A stretch of DNA of 64,000 nt from Geopsychrobacteraceae bacterium. GTDB lineage: Bacteria > Desulfobacterota > Desulfuromonadia > Desulfuromonadales > Geopsychrobacteraceae. Below the pieces are notes generated by a model. The model searched no databases and had not been told where the DNA came from. It worked only from the letters and a program-made list of their open reading frames with translations. Position 1 is the first letter of the stretch. Every line of letters starts with the position of its first letter. Location of the stretch: positions 2,112,001-2,176,000 of the forward strand of contig OY759353.1 of NCBI GenBank assembly GCA_963662315.1. The letters are read 5' to 3'. The translations under genes and the position numbers were made by a program. Positions 19,213-28,023 of the stretch are shown in pieces.

Positions 19213-20538
19213 ATGGACAGTTCTAGAACGTCTTCAAGTCCCAAAGTTGTCATTGTCGGTGGAGGCTTTGCCGGCATGGCGTGTGCCAAAGGGCTTGCTG
19301 ACTGCCCGCTTGAGATCATTCTGGCGGACCGTAACAACTATCACCTTTTTCAGCCGTTACTCTACCAGGTCGCGACAGCAGTTCTTTCTCCTGCGGACAT
19401 TGCTGCACCAATCAGGCGCCTATTGAGAAATCAGCAAAATACCACTGTTGTTCTTGATGAATTGACCGGTGTCGATCTGGAAAACCGCTACGCTTTTTTT
19501 CAGAATTCCAGCATCCCCTATGATTATCTGGTGCTCGCCAACGGTGCGACCCACTCTTACTTTGACCATGATGAATGGGCCGCTTATGCCCCGGGGCTGA
19601 AATCTGTAGACGATGCTTTAGAAATTCGGCGCCGGGTATTGCTTGCCTATGAAGCCGCAGAATGGGAAGCGGATGCAGCAGCACGCCAGGCGAAACTGAC
19701 CTTTGTTGTCATAGGTGGTGGCCCGACCGGAGTCGAGCTTGCCGGGGCCCTAAAAGAAATTGCCGCCAAAACAATTCCACGCGATTTTCGTCATATAGAT
19801 ACGACAACCGCTCAGGTCCTGCTGGTTGAAGCAGGGGCACGGCTATTACCTGCCCTTCCTGAAAAACTCGGTCACAAAGCCTTTCTCGACCTTCAAACTA
19901 TGGGTGTCCAGGTACGATTGAACAGCTTCGTCACCAAAATCCAGGAAGGTGAAGTCTATATTGGTGATGAGCTGCTGCCTGCCGAAAACATTATCTGGGC
20001 AGCGGGGGTCAGGGGTTCAGAAATGACCGCCTCGCTTCATTGTGAGTTGGATCGTCAAGGGCGCGTTAAAGTTGCTGCTGACCTTTCGCTTCCGGGGCAT
20101 CCTGAGGTTTTTGTGGTGGGGGATCTTGCTCATGCTATCGACCGCAAAACCGGCAGTCCCGTACCCGGAGTTGCTCCAGCGGCGATGCAGATGGGGGAGT
20201 ATGTTGCGGGGCTGATTCGTAATGAAGTAAAAAATGCAGAAGCGCAGCAGCAGCGAAAAGCGTTTTCTTATCGGGATAAAGGCAGCATGGCAACCATCGG
20301 GCGTAATCGCGCCGTTGCCGCTGTTGCAGGTGGGCAATTCAGCGGCTTCCCGGCCTGGGCCCTGTGGGGTGTCGTTCACATTCTGCCCTTGATCGGTTTT
20401 CGTAATAAGCTGTCGGTTATATTCTCCTGGGTCTGGAGCTACTTTTCACTCAGCAAGAACGCCCGCCTGATTACCGGACAACCCCGTATGAAAGTCAAGC
20501 AGGTCCTTGGGGTTCCGAGGCGCGAGGCCGATCACTAA
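19213..20538 (+). CDS. ndh: Type II NADH:quinone oxidoreductase
   Basis: GGGFAG, FQPLLYQVAT, GGGPTGVELAG, IWAAGV and KGSMATIGR. Confidence 0.9.
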   Translation: MDSSRTSSSPKVVIVGGGFAGMACAKGLADCPLEIILADRNNYHLFQPLLYQVATAVLSPADIAAPIRRLLRNQQNTTVVLDELTGVDLENRYAFFQNSSIPYDYLVLANGATHSYFDHDEWAAYAPGLKSVDDALEIRRRVLLAYEAAEWEADAAARQAKLTFVVIGGGPTGVELAGALKEIAAKTIPRDFRHIDTTTAQVLLVEAGARLLPALPEKLGHKAFLDLQTMGVQVRLNSFVTKIQEGEVYIGDELLPAENIIWAAGVRGSEMTASLHCELDRQGRVKVAADLSLPGHPEVFVVGDLAHAIDRKTGSPVPGVAPAAMQMGEYVAGLIRNEVKNAEAQQQRKAFSYRDKGSMATIGRNRAVAAVAGGQFSGFPAWALWGVVHILPLIGFRNKLSVIFSWVWSYFSLSKNARLITGQPRMKVKQVLGVPRREADH

Positions 20539-20539
20539 T

Positions 20540-20926
20540 TTACTGGTGGTGCTGATTCAGTAATATAATTGCGTACCAGTTCAACGCCAACATTAAAGCC
20601 AAAACCAGAAGAACGGCCAACCCGGCCGTTCCCCTAGTTAACCCGTCACGCAGATAATCCATCACACAAACGCCCAAAAAACAGGCGGCAATCACAAAAT
20701 CAGCACTAGCCGCCCAGCTGATCTTACTGCGCCACGCCCAACTCAGAATATAGATATTGAGCAAACCATAACCACCTGTGACATAGGCAAAGGTTTTTAA
20801 CCAGGGCGTAGCCATCGGACTGAAAGCTATATTGACGGCATAGAAGACAAACAGAAAGGAACTGATGGAACTGATGGAACTGAAAAGAGCGAAGCCAATC
20901 TTCAAGACTTTACTGTACTTTTTCAT
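20540..20926 (-). CDS. Hypothetical 4-TM membrane protein
   Basis: Hydrophobic ORF with a GAGG RBS. Confidence 0.7.
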   Translation of the reverse strand: MKKYSKVLKIGFALFSSISSISSFLFVFYAVNIAFSPMATPWLKTFAYVTGGYGLLNIYILSWAWRSKISWAASADFVIAACFLGVCVMDYLRDGLTRGTAGLAVLLVLALMLALNWYAIILLNQHHQ

Positions 20927-20987
20927 GTGGCAACCTCACTGGTTGGTAAAATAATACCTAAAGACTAGCACGGTAACCTTGAAAGAC

Positions 20988-21023
20988 AACAACGGCCCTC
21001 ACTCCATAGTAAGGGCCGTTGTT
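20988..21023 (-). terminator. Hairpin closing the rhodanese-selenoprotein operon
   Basis: AACAACGGCCCT / AGGGCCGTTGTT, 14 nt after the 21037 stop. Confidence 0.65.
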
Positions 21024-21036
21024 CATGATACGAGCA

Positions 21037-21885
21037 TCAGGACTGCTCTGCCGCTATCAGATTATCAACACTCAAAGGCTGATCTTCACGGTACTGTTCA
21101 CGCCGCCAACGATAGGGGAGATCAATAATCTCACCAGGAGTTTTGATTTGGTAAAGTGCCGCCAGCGCCTCACGAACAATGGTCCGTTGTTGCAGCTTAT
21201 TACCGACCTCCCCCAGAGGATGGCCAAAAGGCCAGCGGACAAAAACCGTACGTGGGGGTTTAACCTTCTCGGAATACTCTCTGACAATCGAAATACCGAC
21301 CGTTGCAATTCCGACATTCTCAATTTCACGTTGTATCAATCCCACGGATTGATTGCAGATACCTCAGGCCGGGGTTAGAAGGACAAGGTCGACTTGATCT
21401 TTTTTGAGCCGATCAGCGACTTCCCGAGCGGTTTTTTCGCTGAGCGTACGGATATGTTCTGCGTCGATATGCCCCATGAAGGCATAATGAGTTCGGGCCA
21501 AACTGCCGAGTGTCCCTTCGCTAACCAGCTCTTGGAGTCGGTCCAGCGGAAAGATGATGTTCGGGTCTTTGCGTGCGTCAGAGTGATCGTAATAGTCGTG
21601 GGTGATTTGAAAGTCATTGAACAACTCCTTTCCGTCGAGGACTCGAAAGCTGGGATCGCCATTTTTATCGACCATGTCGAAGCCCGGCTGGTTGCGGTGA
21701 TGGATACCAGAAGTCGTTACTAATGCTAATTTTGCCTGATACAGCGGTTTTTTCGGTTCTGCCCAGGGGATATCCCCCGCGCTTTCGCGCGGGGTGTAAC
21801 CTTGGACAAATTTTTTGGCGACCGCCGGAAAGCGGGTGGCCAGAACAGCTAAGGAGCGATTTTTTATTCGTCCCAATAATGTCAT
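21037..21885 (-). CDS. PrdB/GrdB-like selenoprotein (282 aa, Sec at in-frame UGA 21364-21366, UxxC motif)
   Basis: Track ORFs 21364-21885 and 21037-21345 are in the same frame. Readthrough gives DLVLLTPA-U-GICNQSVGLIQREIE..GIATV..PPR..PFGHPLG, matching the PrdB layout (UGTCHR in clostridial PrdB). Upstream family motifs ALVTTSG, GDPSFR and DPNIIFPLDRL. Confidence 0.9.
21335..21363 (-). promoter_or_regulatory. Bacterial SECIS-like hairpin
   Basis: After the UGA: GGTATCTGCA-ATCAATCC-GTG-GGATTGAT. Perfect 8-bp stem; the loop starts with G, 19 nt from the UGA. Confidence 0.78.
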
Positions 21886-22853
21886 TGTACCACCTCTTGC
21901 TGTTTTTGCACCTTCTGCTCCCGGGTTCTGTCCAAACTCAGGGCTATCGCGGTATCAAGATGCCCCTGAGCATCAATAATCGGTAACGTTGAGCTATTGG
22001 CCCATTCAATCCATGAACCGTCATAGTTGCTGGCCCGCTGATAGCCCAGCCCCAATAACACCAGGGTTGCATAAGAGGAACGTATCCCTGTCTGGCAGTG
22101 AGCAATAATTTCTTTATCTGATGTTATCCCGTTGCTCTGTAAAAGTGCAATGAGTTCACTTTTATTTTTCAGAACCTTAATACCGTTCACTTCTGTTTGC
22201 AGATCAGTCCAGTTAAGATGCACCGCTCCTGGGATATGTCCACCACGGTCAGCACGCACATCGCTACCGGCATATTCTCCTGCACTTCTTGAATCCCATA
22301 TGACAACCCCAGGATTTTCGAGACGGGTATAAACATAATCAGCATCAGCCCTGGCATCGAGATATTCGCTATGTTCATTCAGGCGATAATCTACGCTGAC
22401 CGGTGCCGCCGTTGGCAGCAGACTCGTCGCACGCCCTTCTGCCGACCACTTATCGTAACCGCCATCCAAAACGTAGGCATTTTTGTGTCCGTTATAGTGC
22501 AGCGACCAGACCAGCCGGGCAGCATACGGGTTGTCATCTTCTGCATAGACAACAACTGGGGTTTCAGGAGTAACGCCTAACCGACCAAGCAGGGCAGCCG
22601 TTTTTGCTGGGCCAGGAACTAGACTTTTAACCCCATAACGTGTCTCAAGAAAATCATCCCGTTTGACATGATGCGCCCCATAGATATGACCAAGAAGATA
22701 AAGAGGCCCTTTCCTTACATCGACAATAACTGCCTTATCGCGATGCTCACCCAGCCATTGGGTACTGACAAAATAGTCATCGAGTGCGGCGAATGCCCCG
22801 GCAGCAAAAACAAGTGAGAACAGTACGGAAATAAATAATGAACGTTTCAACAT
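21882..22853 (-). CDS. Exported tandem-domain rhodanese/sulfurtransferase
   Basis: AAGGAG RBS then ATG 22853; Sec signal peptide ending AFA; GHIYGA, LDGG..KW, GGHIPGA, active loop HCQTGIRS, YDGSWIEW. Stop overlaps the selenoprotein start (ATGA). Confidence 0.92.
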   Translation of the reverse strand: MLKRSLFISVLFSLVFAAGAFAALDDYFVSTQWLGEHRDKAVIVDVRKGPLYLLGHIYGAHHVKRDDFLETRYGVKSLVPGPAKTAALLGRLGVTPETPVVVYAEDDNPYAARLVWSLHYNGHKNAYVLDGGYDKWSAEGRATSLLPTAAPVSVDYRLNEHSEYLDARADADYVYTRLENPGVVIWDSRSAGEYAGSDVRADRGGHIPGAVHLNWTDLQTEVNGIKVLKNKSELIALLQSNGITSDKEIIAHCQTGIRSSYATLVLLGLGYQRASNYDGSWIEWANSSTLPIIDAQGHLDTAIALSLDRTREQKVQKQQEVVQ

Positions 22854-23096
22854 GGATAACTCCTTTTTGTTTATTGTTTCTGTGTGGTTTATATTAGCTT
22901 TATTTCCTACTGTCAACATGTATTTTTTTGCAGTACATTCATCCGCATTATACTGCTTATTGGTGTATATTATATCATTGCGAAAACACATGCATAAAAT
23001 GAAAAATAACGTTCATTATTTGCGAAAAAAAAGTTGGATAAAATTTTACGAAGACAAGTAATTGACTAAGACTCTCACTTACATTAGATTTATTTT

Positions 23097-24728
23097 ATGA
23101 GAGGATTACTTTTTTATAATCACTACGGCTTGTTTTTTAATAAAGACAGGTTGTTCAGGAAGAGGTGGAGCTGGCTTTTGCTACTAAGTTTGCTTACTAT
23201 TGGCGGAGTCTGCCCAACACCGGGGCTGGCCACTCAGGAAACATCTGCAGCCTTTGTTCTGACCGCGACATCGGTTGGCAACGGTTACCCAGATCTACCA
23301 TTGCTTGAAAAGAATCACTTTTACCGGAAGATGAATATCATTGGATCTGGAGGGATGAACGACTTCTCCTACCACTTCAGCCTGTACGGTCAGACCGGTT
23401 ATGAAGATCAGGACAATCGCCATGCTTATCACCTGAACAGTTTTCAGGGTGAGTTCAAAACCCCGAGTCAATACCTCAGACTCGGGGAAACCTATACACA
23501 ATACTCCTCGTATTCCTTGACCCATAGCGTCAAAGGCGGGGTATATTCTTACATCAGTCACCACAAAAAAGGTCCTGAATTTTCCGTCATTTATGGACTC
23601 AACTGCTCTGACTGGGATCAATTCTGGGGTAAGACTACGACTCGCCGCCAGGTTAAGGGATTGCGTTACAAGCAGCCATTGACGTCTGACTTCTGGATTG
23701 CCGCCAACCTGGTTCAGACTCGTGACCATCAGGGGAAAACAGAAGAAATCGGTTACGAATCATCAGTTATAAGCCTGGACTGGAGTTATCAACTGCTGGA
23801 CAATCTGGTTCTCTACGGAGAAACAGCCTTCGCCGACACAGCAACCATTTCGACCTCAAATGAGGCAGATGGCACAGAACATAAAGGTACCGCTCAACGC
23901 ATAAATGCCCAGTTGAAGCGCACCACAACCGACTTTGTGCTGACGTATGAGCGTATCAGCAGTGATTTTGTCAGCCTGGTCACAGATACGACCGCTGATC
24001 GGGAAAAACTCTCGGGACGGCTCACCTATCAGCTCGGTCCATTAACAGAATACACCCTGAGCCTGCTATGGTATCACGACGACCTCGCAGGTCAGCTTGA
24101 TTACCGTACTGATCATTATCAACCAAGAGTGGCGCTCAGCCGCAAACAGATTTTCAACCGCCCACACGCCCGACTCGATTCCAGTTATACTTACAAACGC
24201 AGTGAAAGCACGAACACCGGCCAGAATCACCATTATGTTTCCGTGACCTATCTGGATCATTTCGGAGCATTTGTCAGCTGCAGTAATCTGAATCTGATTT
24301 TTTATGACAATACCGGCGCTGCTCATGGTGACGAATATACCTACAACACAAGCCTGACTTCCAGCTTTGCCGCAACGCCAAACATAAAACTCAAACCGGA
24401 ATTAAGACTGGGCGGCTGGATGATTGACGATGAGCTCAATGATTCTGAAAAGCAGGTTTGGGAGTATTCTCTGGGGCTGGGAATCACGATTCCCAACAGA
24501 AATTTTGAAACGCATCTGAGGATTGGCCAGAATCAATTAATTGACGCAAATGACGAAAACGTAGCAAAGTTACTGGCAAGTATCAATCTGAACTATCTGC
24601 TTAAAAAGTCACGACATCGCACAACCCAGGTCTACCTGCAGGGTTACGTCAACGACTACAGCTATACCACCGCAAGCAATAATTACTCGGAAATCAACTT
24701 CAGTTCAGGGCTGAATATCACTTTCTGA
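23097..24728 (+). CDS. Putative outer-membrane beta-barrel protein of unknown family
   Basis: Signal-like N-terminus; alternating Tyr/Ser/Thr-rich strands; ends FSSGLNITF (BAM-type C-terminal Phe). Start uncertain. Confidence 0.65.
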   Translation: MRGLLFYNHYGLFFNKDRLFRKRWSWLLLLSLLTIGGVCPTPGLATQETSAAFVLTATSVGNGYPDLPLLEKNHFYRKMNIIGSGGMNDFSYHFSLYGQTGYEDQDNRHAYHLNSFQGEFKTPSQYLRLGETYTQYSSYSLTHSVKGGVYSYISHHKKGPEFSVIYGLNCSDWDQFWGKTTTRRQVKGLRYKQPLTSDFWIAANLVQTRDHQGKTEEIGYESSVISLDWSYQLLDNLVLYGETAFADTATISTSNEADGTEHKGTAQRINAQLKRTTTDFVLTYERISSDFVSLVTDTTADREKLSGRLTYQLGPLTEYTLSLLWYHDDLAGQLDYRTDHYQPRVALSRKQIFNRPHARLDSSYTYKRSESTNTGQNHHYVSVTYLDHFGAFVSCSNLNLIFYDNTGAAHGDEYTYNTSLTSSFAATPNIKLKPELRLGGWMIDDELNDSEKQVWEYSLGLGITIPNRNFETHLRIGQNQLIDANDENVAKLLASINLNYLLKKSRHRTTQVYLQGYVNDYSYTTASNNYSEINFSSGLNITF

Positions 24729-24753
24729 ACAACAGAATCCGCCAACATACAAA

Positions 24754-25209
24754 TCATCTGGAGTAATACAGAGCGTGATATTCGCGTATAGCCCGGCAGT
24801 GTTCTTCATCGCCTCGGACCATAGCCGCAAACATGCGCCGCATACTGTCATTTTCAAAATCCACAGCAGCCGTAATATGGATAGCCAAATACTCATTTTC
24901 CAATTTAAGAGACAGTTCTACTGCGGACTCCTGAGTAAAATAGCCTTCTTTAGCGCGATTCAAAGACTCAGTAACATATTGATTCATGCGCTCGACCTTG
25001 GTCATGATATGAGGCTTGGGCAAGAAGCCGTCATTTTTGGCTAAACGTGCAGCAAAGCCTAAATCCAGTGCATGCTGATCCTCGTCCTTAGCCATTTTCA
25101 GCCAGATTTCCTGTAAACTGGAATCACAGTCAAGTGCCTCGGCAAAATGCCGGTAAATGGCTCCGATAGTCTTCTCTATATTGATGCATGTATTAAAGAA
25201 TTGCCGCAC
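24754..25209 (-). CDS. Ferritin-like/rubrerythrin-like protein
   Basis: E..Y, DEDQH, LE and DEEH diiron-type motifs; AAGGAG RBS, GTG start. Confidence 0.8.
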   Translation of the reverse strand: MRQFFNTCINIEKTIGAIYRHFAEALDCDSSLQEIWLKMAKDEDQHALDLGFAARLAKNDGFLPKPHIMTKVERMNQYVTESLNRAKEGYFTQESAVELSLKLENEYLAIHITAAVDFENDSMRRMFAAMVRGDEEHCRAIREYHALYYSR

Positions 25210-25436
25210 GACTACGCTCCTTAAGTAGCAAGCCCCTCATCAATTGACACGCTACACACTTTTACATATCTGGCAGAGGATAGCCAGTTGAAACAATTTG
25301 ACTGTTGCCAGCGTTAATAGCGTGCTAGATTACCGGCCGGCAGCCTGAATGATACAGGATATCCACATCTCTGCCGTTATGTCTTAACCGGTATCAACAT
25401 CAATTGCTTTGCTGTTCATTTTGGGAAAGGATACCT

Positions 25437-25679
25437 ATGGCGCACAATACAGATCAAAACAGCGATAACATTATCATCATTCCCTTTCGCGATTTGGAAC
25501 CAGAAACCTTGGAGCAATTAATCCAGGAGTTTGTCACCAGAGATGGCTGCGACTGGGATCAAACCGGCTGTTCCCTGGAAGACAAAGTCAGACAGGTCGT
25601 GCAACAACTTCACAGTGGTCGCGTTCAGATTGTCTTCGACCTGATTTCAGAGACGGCAAATCTGGTTTCAACCACCTGA
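25437..25679 (+). CDS. yheU: YheU/UPF0270 family protein
   Basis: IIP..L.PETL..LIQEFVTRDG.D...SLEDKV.QV..QL..G...IVFD..SET. Confidence 0.85.
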   Translation: MAHNTDQNSDNIIIIPFRDLEPETLEQLIQEFVTRDGCDWDQTGCSLEDKVRQVVQQLHSGRVQIVFDLISETANLVSTT

Positions 25680-25701
25680 CCAACAGACATTCGAGGACAT
25701 T

Positions 25702-26052
25702 TTGAAGAATAAAATAATTCGCCTGATTGAACTGATCCAGGAAGATTTTCCTGAAGAACTGCTAGCGTATTTCAAAACCGAAGAAGAGGCTCCGCTAAAA
25801 ACTCGCCTGGCCTTGGCCAGCAAAGCGATCAGCCATCACCAGCAGCGCTCTGCAGATCTGTGGCTGGCGGCAGGCAAGAAACGCACACCGGATGAGAAAA
25901 AAGCCTCTGCACGAGCTGATCTGGCTGCCTTTCTGTTTGCGTACCTGACCGGAACCCCAAAAGAAAATGCCCAGAGTGCTATAGAAGCGCTTGAGGTTCT
26001 GGGGCGCCAGATGGAGGCTGAGCTGATTTACAGTCTATGTAAAAAGAGATAA
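25702..26052 (+). CDS. Hypothetical protein
   Basis: GAGG RBS and TTG start; helical; follows yheU. Confidence 0.65.
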   Translation: MKNKIIRLIELIQEDFPEELLAYFKTEEEAPLKTRLALASKAISHHQQRSADLWLAAGKKRTPDEKKASARADLAAFLFAYLTGTPKENAQSAIEALEVLGRQMEAELIYSLCKKR

Positions 26053-26121
26053 AAAAGCGCCGCCGGAAAGGTTGCGTTTGAAAAATATGATGGCGTTTTT
26101 TTCCATCCCCCTGCAGACATT

Positions 26122-27075
26122 TTAATCAGTCCGAAGAGCCTTGCCAACAATGGTGCCAAGCTCCCTGGCAACGTCTTCTGCTCCCTCCAGTGACCCGACG
26201 AACAGTACAAAATCATGAACCATTCCTTCGTAATGGAGATGGTTGACGGCAACACCGGCTTGCTTCAGTCGTTCGGCATAGCGGATCGCCTCGGCGGCCA
26301 AAGGATCAAGTCCCGCAGTAACAATCGTAGCAGCTGGCAGATTGGCAACGTCCTCGGTTAACAGTGGTGATACCAGGGGGTGTGTTACTTCTTCAGGATC
26401 ATTCAGGTAATAGTTACGGAAAGCCCGGCTATTTCGGTCAGACAGGGTAACCTCCTGCAGACTCTTCAGTTTTTCCGAATGATCTACGGAATAGTCAAGC
26501 AACGGACAGATCAACAGTTGGTGCACCGGGAAGAAATCCTGCCGCTGACGAGCCAGCAGGCAGACCCCGGCAGCCAGGTTTCCCCCGGCACTGTCACCGG
26601 CAATAGCCAACTGATCTGTACGGATATTCAGGGGAACATCGTTATCCAGCAGCCACAAAGCAGTCTGGTAACATTGCTCCAGGGCATAGGGAAACTTGTG
26701 TTCCGGCGCCAACCCGTAATCAACACTGACCAGGACCGCATTGGCCGACACTGAGATCAGACGACAGGTATTATCGGACAAGTCAGGGTTTCCCACGCAA
26801 AACCCACCGCCATGCATAAATAAAATGACTGGGAATGGCCCGCGTCCGGTCGGCGAATAGATTCTGACCCGGGTCTCGACATCACCAGTCTCGGCAATAA
26901 TATCATCAATGGTTCCGGCATAAGGTACTTTGACTGCACGCTCGACCTTCGCATTCATGATGCTGCGGGCCCTTTCGATATCTTCAATCGGTAGAGGAGA
27001 AGTATTGAGGAACGCACGCAAAAATTTTTCTTTATTCATCTTGGCAACCGTAGTGTTGTAGTTTGCAGAGCCCAT
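26122..27075 (-). CDS. Alpha/beta hydrolase, HSL/acetyl esterase family
   Basis: HGGGF, VDY.LAPEH.FP, GDSAGG, DPL and HDF. Confidence 0.92.
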   Translation of the reverse strand: MGSANYNTTVAKMNKEKFLRAFLNTSPLPIEDIERARSIMNAKVERAVKVPYAGTIDDIIAETGDVETRVRIYSPTGRGPFPVILFMHGGGFCVGNPDLSDNTCRLISVSANAVLVSVDYGLAPEHKFPYALEQCYQTALWLLDNDVPLNIRTDQLAIAGDSAGGNLAAGVCLLARQRQDFFPVHQLLICPLLDYSVDHSEKLKSLQEVTLSDRNSRAFRNYYLNDPEEVTHPLVSPLLTEDVANLPAATIVTAGLDPLAAEAIRYAERLKQAGVAVNHLHYEGMVHDFVLFVGSLEGAEDVARELGTIVGKALRTD

Positions 27076-27081
27076 AGCTCA

Positions 27082-27936
27082 TCAGGGTTCAGAATGACGA
27101 CCGCAGGTCTTCAGCACATACCAGGTAATCATAGCGAAGGCCAGGAGTGGTAACACCGGAATAAACAGTTGACTGTTGTGAGCCAGTAGAATAACGGAGA
27201 AAAGCACCACAACCGGCAATGGCAGATAACGGCCTATCTGGGAGAACACCGAACTTTGGTGCTTCACAGCTGCACCAGTAAGGTTTTCATTGACATGAAA
27301 ACGACTGGCAACACAGGCAAAAAAACTGACCATGACCCAATCTGAAACCCCGATCACCGGAATCAAAGCTTCACTGCCCGGCAAAGCAAGCTTGATCAGA
27401 ATCATATCGATAATCGGCGGTTCACCCTGCGGAGCCTGATAATAAGCTGCTATCTGCCCGGCAAACTGCGCAGTTGGCCCTGCCAGCCAACTACTGAAAT
27501 CAGCCAATGACATGACGATGCTCACCAGCACCAGATCCCTCAGCCTGTTAATATAACGAGCCAGAACCGCGCCGACAAGCGTCCCCGAGAAAAGTAAAAA
27601 ACCGGATTGAATGGCACTGCCTACCGCTATTGAACCTGCAACCGGCACGAGAAGATGCAGCCCGCAAGAGACCACAATTAAAATCAGCAACCAGAACCAG
27701 TAAAACGAACGACGGCGTGGTTCGGGGACCAGATGTTGCACCGGCAGGAACAATTGTGCAGCAGCAATCAGCTGCACTGCCATCCACAGAGCATCAAGCC
27801 AGCGGTTTGCGGCAACAAACCCTCCCAGCCAGTTAAGGGCCACGGCAAATAGACTCCAGATACAGGCCATCCCGACAAGAGTCCAGAGACACCAGCGATT
27901 CTGACGCGGAAAAGAGATGAAATGAGTCGGTAACAT
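27082..27936 (-). CDS. Hypothetical polytopic membrane protein
   Basis: Many TM segments; 6 bp upstream of the esterase, probably co-transcribed. Confidence 0.7.
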   Translation of the reverse strand: MLPTHFISFPRQNRWCLWTLVGMACIWSLFAVALNWLGGFVAANRWLDALWMAVQLIAAAQLFLPVQHLVPEPRRRSFYWFWLLILIVVSCGLHLLVPVAGSIAVGSAIQSGFLLFSGTLVGAVLARYINRLRDLVLVSIVMSLADFSSWLAGPTAQFAGQIAAYYQAPQGEPPIIDMILIKLALPGSEALIPVIGVSDWVMVSFFACVASRFHVNENLTGAAVKHQSSVFSQIGRYLPLPVVVLFSVILLAHNSQLFIPVLPLLAFAMITWYVLKTCGRHSEP

Positions 27937-28023
27937 AAGGTCGGATAATATCTGATTTTTAGCGATTAAGACATTTTATTCTGTGCAACCTGATAGCAGA
28001 AGAGGCACGTTACGGTTGGACTA

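Noticed and set aside
21037..21039. Second selenocysteine at the terminal TGA
   Set aside because: It lies after the end of family homology and is followed by a terminator-like hairpin; no redox motif.
21037..21345. Independent 102-aa gene, or a nonsense-mutated pseudogene pair
   Set aside because: The stop falls exactly at the family's Sec position and is followed by a SECIS-like hairpin; the GTG start is the hairpin loop.
22902..22925. Rrf2/IscR-like operator upstream of the rhodanese
   Set aside because: Only one convincing half-site (TCCTAC) in AT-rich DNA.
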